DNA of 64,000 nucleotides from Candidatus Palauibacter sp. (GTDB lineage Bacteria; Gemmatimonadota; Gemmatimonadetes; Palauibacterales; Palauibacteraceae): NCBI RefSeq assembly GCF_965213655.1, contig NZ_CBDBZT010000003.1, positions 3,275,829 to 3,339,828 of the forward strand, read 5' to 3'. Shown piece by piece: positions 59,621 to 64,000 of this stretch (position 1 is its first letter; each line of letters starts with the position of its first letter). The notes under the pieces were generated by a model. It saw only the letters and a program-made list of their open reading frames with translations, ran no database searches and was not told where the DNA came from. The position numbers and the translations under genes were made by a program.

Positions 59621-60187
59621 CTACTCTCCCGCGGCCACCGCCGCCCTCAGATCGCTTGCCGTATAAAGTACCATCGTTTGCAGGCCCGCCTGCTCCAGCG
59701 TGGCTCGCCCCCCCTCCTCGCGGTCCACGAGGCCGAGCACTCCGAGCACTTCGCCGCGGGCCTGATTCACCGCCTCCACCGCCTGGAAGGCGGATCCGCC
59801 GGTCGTGATCACGTCCTCGACGACGACGACCCGGGCGCCGGGCTCGAAGCAGCCTTCGATCCGTTGTCCCTTGCCGTGCCGCTTGGCGCGCTTGCGGACC
59901 GAGAACGCGTGGATCGGGTCCCCGGCCCGCCAACTGGCGGCGGCGATGGCGTATGCCAGCGGATCCGCGCCCATCGTGAGGCCGCCGACCGCATCCGGTC
60001 GGAGTCCGGCGTCACGGATGGCCGCGAGACCGACCTCGCCCATCAGCACCTGTCCGTGCGCGTGCATGGTCGAGGTGCGGCAGTCGATGTAGTAGTCACT
60101 CCGGGCGCCGGAAGCGAGAACGAAGTCCCCGAGCCGGAACGAGCGCTCGGCGAGCAGATCCAGAAGTCTTGTGTGGGCGGAACTCAG
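59621..60187 (-). CDS. pyrE: Orotate phosphoribosyltransferase
   Basis: 'GDFVLASG..S.YY.D', 'VRK..K.HG', 'VVEDVITTGGS'; GGAGG then CTG start. Confidence 0.95.
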   Translation of the reverse strand: MSSAHTRLLDLLAERSFRLGDFVLASGARSDYYIDCRTSTMHAHGQVLMGEVGLAAIRDAGLRPDAVGGLTMGADPLAYAIAAASWRAGDPIHAFSVRKRAKRHGKGQRIEGCFEPGARVVVVEDVITTGGSAFQAVEAVNQARGEVLGVLGLVDREEGGRATLEQAGLQTMVLYTASDLRAAVAAGE

Positions 60188-60209
60188 TAGACCCTCCTGG
60201 CTGACCTGG

Positions 60210-60710
60210 CTAGATGACCTGGCGCATCGCCTGGCCGGATTCGGCGTCGCAGCGAGCGCAGAGCCCGAACAGCTTGAGTTGACGCCTGAGTACATGGAAA
60301 CCGAGTTGCCCGGCGACTTCCGCCTGCAGCCGGTTGAGTTCGTCGCGCTGGAAGCGGACCACGTCTCCGCATGCGGTGCAGATCAGGTGGTCCTGCTGCG
60401 CCTGTCCGACCTTCGCTTCGTATCGCTTGAAACCCTCGTCGAAGTCGTGTTCGGTGGCGAGGCCGACGCGCACGAGCAGGCTCAGCGTCCGGTAGACCGT
60501 CGCCTTCCCCGCGCGCTCACCCTCGTCCCGCAGCCGCGCCACGACATCGTCCGCCGAGAGGCGCTGCCCCGACTCGAACAGCGCTCGGGCAATCGCTTCC
60601 CGCTGATGCGTGACGGGGAGATGATGCTCCTGCAGCGCGGCCCGAAAGAGGCCAAGCATCACGGCGGCACAGCCGAGAGGCGGTCGGGGGGTAAGGGTGT
60701 CCGTGGTCAT
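60210..60710 (-). CDS. fur: Fur-family transcriptional regulator
   Basis: 'T.QR..I', 'ATVYRTL', 'HLICTACG', 'GLCARC'. Confidence 0.9.
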   Translation of the reverse strand: MTTDTLTPRPPLGCAAVMLGLFRAALQEHHLPVTHQREAIARALFESGQRLSADDVVARLRDEGERAGKATVYRTLSLLVRVGLATEHDFDEGFKRYEAKVGQAQQDHLICTACGDVVRFQRDELNRLQAEVAGQLGFHVLRRQLKLFGLCARCDAESGQAMRQVI

Positions 60711-60747
60711 GGTGTTCTCAACGCGCTGAGAAAGATACGCACGCTCG

Positions 60748-61482
60748 TCACGCCTGCAACCAGCCGGACTCGAAGTCGTCCACGACCTGCCGCAGCAGAC
60801 GGTCGACGGGAGACGCCGGACGCGGTGTCAGGAACCGATCCGAGAAGCGGTTCAGCGCGACGCGGAGGCCGCTGAAGGTCTTGGCGGCGTCACGGTAGCA
60901 ACCGTCCAGTTGCTGGCGGCGGGCGAAGGGCGCATCGGCGGCGAGCGAGAAGCCGGCCTGTCCCATCGCCTCGTAGTAACCGAGGTCGGGTCCGCCTCGC
61001 CGATGCTCCCTGGTACAGATCCAGTCCGGAAAAAGGCCCGACAGCCAGAGCGCGAAGTTGCCGAGGTGGGCGCTGAGCAGGAAGCCGCGACGCCCATCCG
61101 ATTCACCGATCTCCGCCACCAGGTCCACGAGATAGTCGTACTCGGAATCATCGTAGGCGGCGATCCGCTGCGCCCGCGCTTCGGTGGCGAAGTGGAGAAA
61201 GATCGAGGTTACGTAGTCGGCCATGAGCCGGGATTCGACGCCGCTCTCGAGCAGGCTGTGCCGCAGCGCGACGTAGGAGAAGAGCGCGAGGGGGAGCGCG
61301 GACACCCCCGGCTCGGCGGCGAGCGCGCCGGATGCCTTCGGGTGATCGAGCAGCGCGTCGATCCCCCGTTCCGACACCAGCGTCTCGAGGTGGGTCCGCT
61401 GCTCGCCTTCGCGGGCAAGCAGGTAAACGAGTCGGGCCGCGTCGTCCCGGCCGAAGGAAGCTCTGACGTCCGGAAGAATCAT
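60748..61482 (-). CDS. Conserved hypothetical protein
   Basis: Coherent codon usage; 'YL.DL', 'HLGNFALWLSGLFPD', 'GP...YYE.MG'. Confidence 0.7.
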   Translation of the reverse strand: MILPDVRASFGRDDAARLVYLLAREGEQRTHLETLVSERGIDALLDHPKASGALAAEPGVSALPLALFSYVALRHSLLESGVESRLMADYVTSIFLHFATEARAQRIAAYDDSEYDYLVDLVAEIGESDGRRGFLLSAHLGNFALWLSGLFPDWICTREHRRGGPDLGYYEAMGQAGFSLAADAPFARRQQLDGCYRDAAKTFSGLRVALNRFSDRFLTPRPASPVDRLLRQVVDDFESGWLQA

Positions 61483-61628
61483 GCCGCTCCCCCTTCCCAT
61501 GGTCCGCCCCCTCCGGCCCCTCCACCACATTCCGTACCCCAAGGTCGTCTGCTAGTTTTGTCTTCTGCTAGTTTTCCTCGCGAGAGCGGACGCCGCAACG
61601 GAGTCGACCCCAATGGCGACGATTTGAC

Positions 61629-62141
61629 ATGCTGAGAGAACGTTTGAGAGAGTCCGGATTCTGGCTGACGGTGGCCCTTGCAGCCCTGTCCACGGCGTGC
61701 GGTTCCGCCGACGCGGGCGTGCGCGACGCCGGCGCCGAAGGGAGTGGCGGGCAGGCCGCCGAAGCGGGCGCGGGCGCCGCCGTCGAGGCGTCGGAGCTGG
61801 TCCCGCTCCGGGTGGGCGGGATCGAGATCCAGGTAGAGCTCGCCGACGACGTCGACGAACGCCAGCAGGGACTCATGTACCGGGAGTCGCTCGAGGAGAA
61901 TCAGGGGATGCTGTTCGTCTACCCGGAGCAGCGCACCCTCGGGTTCTGGATGAAGAACACGCTCATACCCCTCGACATCGCGTATATCGACCGCGAAGGC
62001 CGGATCGTCGATATCCAGCAGATGGAACCGCAGACCACGGAAACCCACGATTCGGCCGCCCCGGCGATGTACGCGCTGGAGATGAACCAGGGGTGGTTCG
62101 AGGCCAACGGCATCCGCATCGGAGACCTCATCGAATTCTAG
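61629..62141 (+). CDS. DUF192 lipoprotein
   Basis: 'GLMYR', 'GMLFV', 'FWMKNT.IPLDI', 'ALEMN.G'. Confidence 0.92.
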   Translation: MLRERLRESGFWLTVALAALSTACGSADAGVRDAGAEGSGGQAAEAGAGAAVEASELVPLRVGGIEIQVELADDVDERQQGLMYRESLEENQGMLFVYPEQRTLGFWMKNTLIPLDIAYIDREGRIVDIQQMEPQTTETHDSAAPAMYALEMNQGWFEANGIRIGDLIEF

Positions 62142-62217
62142 CCCGGGTCCTCGACGCCCGCCTGCACGGACCCGCGGAGCCCACGGAAACCCACCGGAAC
62201 CCACGGACAACCCACGT

Positions 62218-63606
62218 ATGGATCATCGCATAGAGAAGGATTCCATGGGGGAGATGGCGATCCCCGCCGACCGGCTCTACGGAGCGCAGACGGAGCGGGC
62301 CCGCCAGAACTTCCCCATCTCCGATCTCCGCTTCGGACGCCGCTTCATCGAGGCGCTCGGCGCGATCAAGCTGGCGGCTTCCCGCGTGAACCGGGAACTG
62401 GGGCTCCTCGACCCCGAACTCGGCGCGGCGATCGAGCGGGCGGCCGGCGAGGCCATGAGCGGAGAGCTGGATTCCCACTTCGTGCTGGACATCTTCCAGA
62501 CCGGCTCCGGCACGTCGACGAACATGAACGCGAACGAGGTCATCGCGAACCGCGCCATCCAGCTTCTGGGCGGCGTCGTGGGTTCGCGAAGCCCCGTCCA
62601 TCCCAACGACCACGTCAATCTGGGACAGTCGTCGAACGACGTGATCCCCACCGCCACCCACGTCTCGGGACTGGTCGCGATCGAACGTGAGCTTCTCCCC
62701 GCGCTGGAGCGGCTTCGCGCGGCGCTCGCGGACAAGGCGGAGGAATTCGATCACATCGCGAAAGCCGGACGCACGCACCTGCAGGACGCGACCCCCGTCC
62801 GCCTGGGACAGGAGTTCGGCGGCTACGCCAGCCAGCTGAGGCACGGGATCCGCCGGGTCGAGGCGGTGCGCCCGGCGCTGGCGGAACTTGCCATCGGAGG
62901 GACGGCGGTGGGGACCGGCATCAACACGCCGGCCGACTTCGGTGCGCGGATGTCGGCGGCGCTGAGCGAGATCCTCGGAGTCGAGTTCGTCGAGGCGTCG
63001 GACCACTTCGAGGCGCAGTCGGCGCGCGACGCGGTCGTCGAGGCGAGCGGGGCACTGCGCACGGTCGCCGTGAGCCTGACGAAGATTGCGAACGACCTGC
63101 GCTGGCTGTCATCCGGGCCGCGAACGGGACTCGGCGAGATCAACCTCCCCGCCGTACAGCCCGGCTCATCCATCATGCCGGGCAAGGTCAACCCGGTGAT
63201 GGCGGAATCCGTCCTTCAGGTCTGCGCGCAGGTCATCGGCAACGACGCGGCGATCGTCGTAGGCGGGCAGTCCGGGAACCTCGAACTCAACGTCATGATC
63301 CCCGTGATGGCCCACAACCTGATTCAGAGCGTCCGGATTCTCTCCACCGCCAGCGTGGAATTCGCCGAGCGCTGCGTGCGGGGCATCACGGCCAACGAGG
63401 AGCGCTGCCTCCGGAACGCCGAATCCACCGCGGCGCTTGCCACCGCGCTCGCGCCCGTCATCGGCTACGACAAGGCGGCCGAACTCGCCAAGCGCAGCCT
63501 GGCGGAAGACCGCACGCTGAAGGAACTGGTGCTGGAGCGGGGGCTGGTCGACCCGGCGGAACTCGACCGCATCCTCGACTTCCGCGCGATGACCGAACCC
63601 GGCTGA
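62218..63606 (+). CDS. fumC: Class II fumarate hydratase
   Basis: 'FQTGSGTSTNMNANEV', 'HPNDHVN', 'GRTHLQDA', 'GSSIMPGKVNP'. Confidence 0.95.
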   Translation: MDHRIEKDSMGEMAIPADRLYGAQTERARQNFPISDLRFGRRFIEALGAIKLAASRVNRELGLLDPELGAAIERAAGEAMSGELDSHFVLDIFQTGSGTSTNMNANEVIANRAIQLLGGVVGSRSPVHPNDHVNLGQSSNDVIPTATHVSGLVAIERELLPALERLRAALADKAEEFDHIAKAGRTHLQDATPVRLGQEFGGYASQLRHGIRRVEAVRPALAELAIGGTAVGTGINTPADFGARMSAALSEILGVEFVEASDHFEAQSARDAVVEASGALRTVAVSLTKIANDLRWLSSGPRTGLGEINLPAVQPGSSIMPGKVNPVMAESVLQVCAQVIGNDAAIVVGGQSGNLELNVMIPVMAHNLIQSVRILSTASVEFAERCVRGITANEERCLRNAESTAALATALAPVIGYDKAAELAKRSLAEDRTLKELVLERGLVDPAELDRILDFRAMTEPG

Positions 63607-63655
63607 CCCGGCCCCGCTGACCGCGCCCTGTTGACCCAGCCGCGTTGACCCGGGG

Positions 63656-64000
63656 CTACTCGGGGACCGGGACCAGCGCCTCCGGGAGCAGGCGATTCAC
63701 CGTCAGGTCGGAGAGTCGAAAAGCCTCCGTGCCGTCCGCGAGGCGGGCGACCCAGTCTCCGCGCTCCTCGTCCTCCAGCAGGAGGATCGAGAGTTCGAGT
63801 TGCCGGCCGGTTACGTCGGCGGATCCGGCCGAGAACACCTCGAACGAGGCGTCCGCGAGCGTGAAATCGGCGGCCGCCTCTTCCTCCTCCGTCGGGAAAC
63901 CCGATGCGGAGACCGAGGGCAGCATGGCGAGAAGCCTCTCCACGAGGGCCGAATCCGCCGGCGCGTCACCCGCGAGCCACCCGTCTTCGCCGCGGCGCAG
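63656..64000 (-). CDS. Partial CDS (C-terminus), possibly DUF4340-like
   Basis: Open frame runs to the window edge; acidic composition. Confidence 0.45.
   Translation of the reverse strand: MRRGEDGWLAGDAPADSALVERLLAMLPSVSASGFPTEEEEAAADFTLADASFEVFSAGSADVTGRQLELSILLLEDEERGDWVARLADGTEAFRLSDLTVNRLLPEALVPVPE

Noticed and set aside
62165-62216. Imperfect ACCCACGG-like repeats upstream of fumC and TGACCC repeats downstream
   Set aside because: Short, degenerate and irregularly spaced; insufficient to call an operator or array.

Overview
High-GC bacterial window. Gene style (many secreted 6-bladed/NHL propellers, a VPS10-type protein, a SwmB/Calx-beta adhesin, TonB proteins) suggests Gemmatimonadota, possibly a marine or sponge-associated lineage; this is inference only. 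Layout: (1) <1-9425, right end of a tyrosine-integrase island next to a tRNA-Ser cluster, with a beta-propeller, an HU pseudogene, a GYD protein and a porin/SBP/HAMP/OFA operon. (2) Two tRNA-Ser genes with unusual repeats, each a copy of a tRNA 3' end with a palindromic cassette inserted in the T-loop. (3) queC, pncB and an HhH protein. (4) A ~2290-codon adhesin/autotransporter gene split by a 4737-bp integrase element with 10-bp direct repeats; precise excision restores the frame. (5) Cupredoxin-like, cytochrome c fusion, amidohydrolase, cupin and GGT genes. (6) A complete quinohemoprotein amine dehydrogenase cluster (qhpG-A-D-C-B-F-E). (7) PAL-like NHL paralogs with HupE/UreJ, a TonB receptor, VPS10, PhoX, RlpA and a BamA-like protein, then core genes (nfuA, pyrE, fur, fumC). 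Both integrase elements share the order beta-propeller / conserved oriT-like motif / P4-type integrase, suggesting a family of small mobilizable integrative elements. All calls were made by eye, without database searches.
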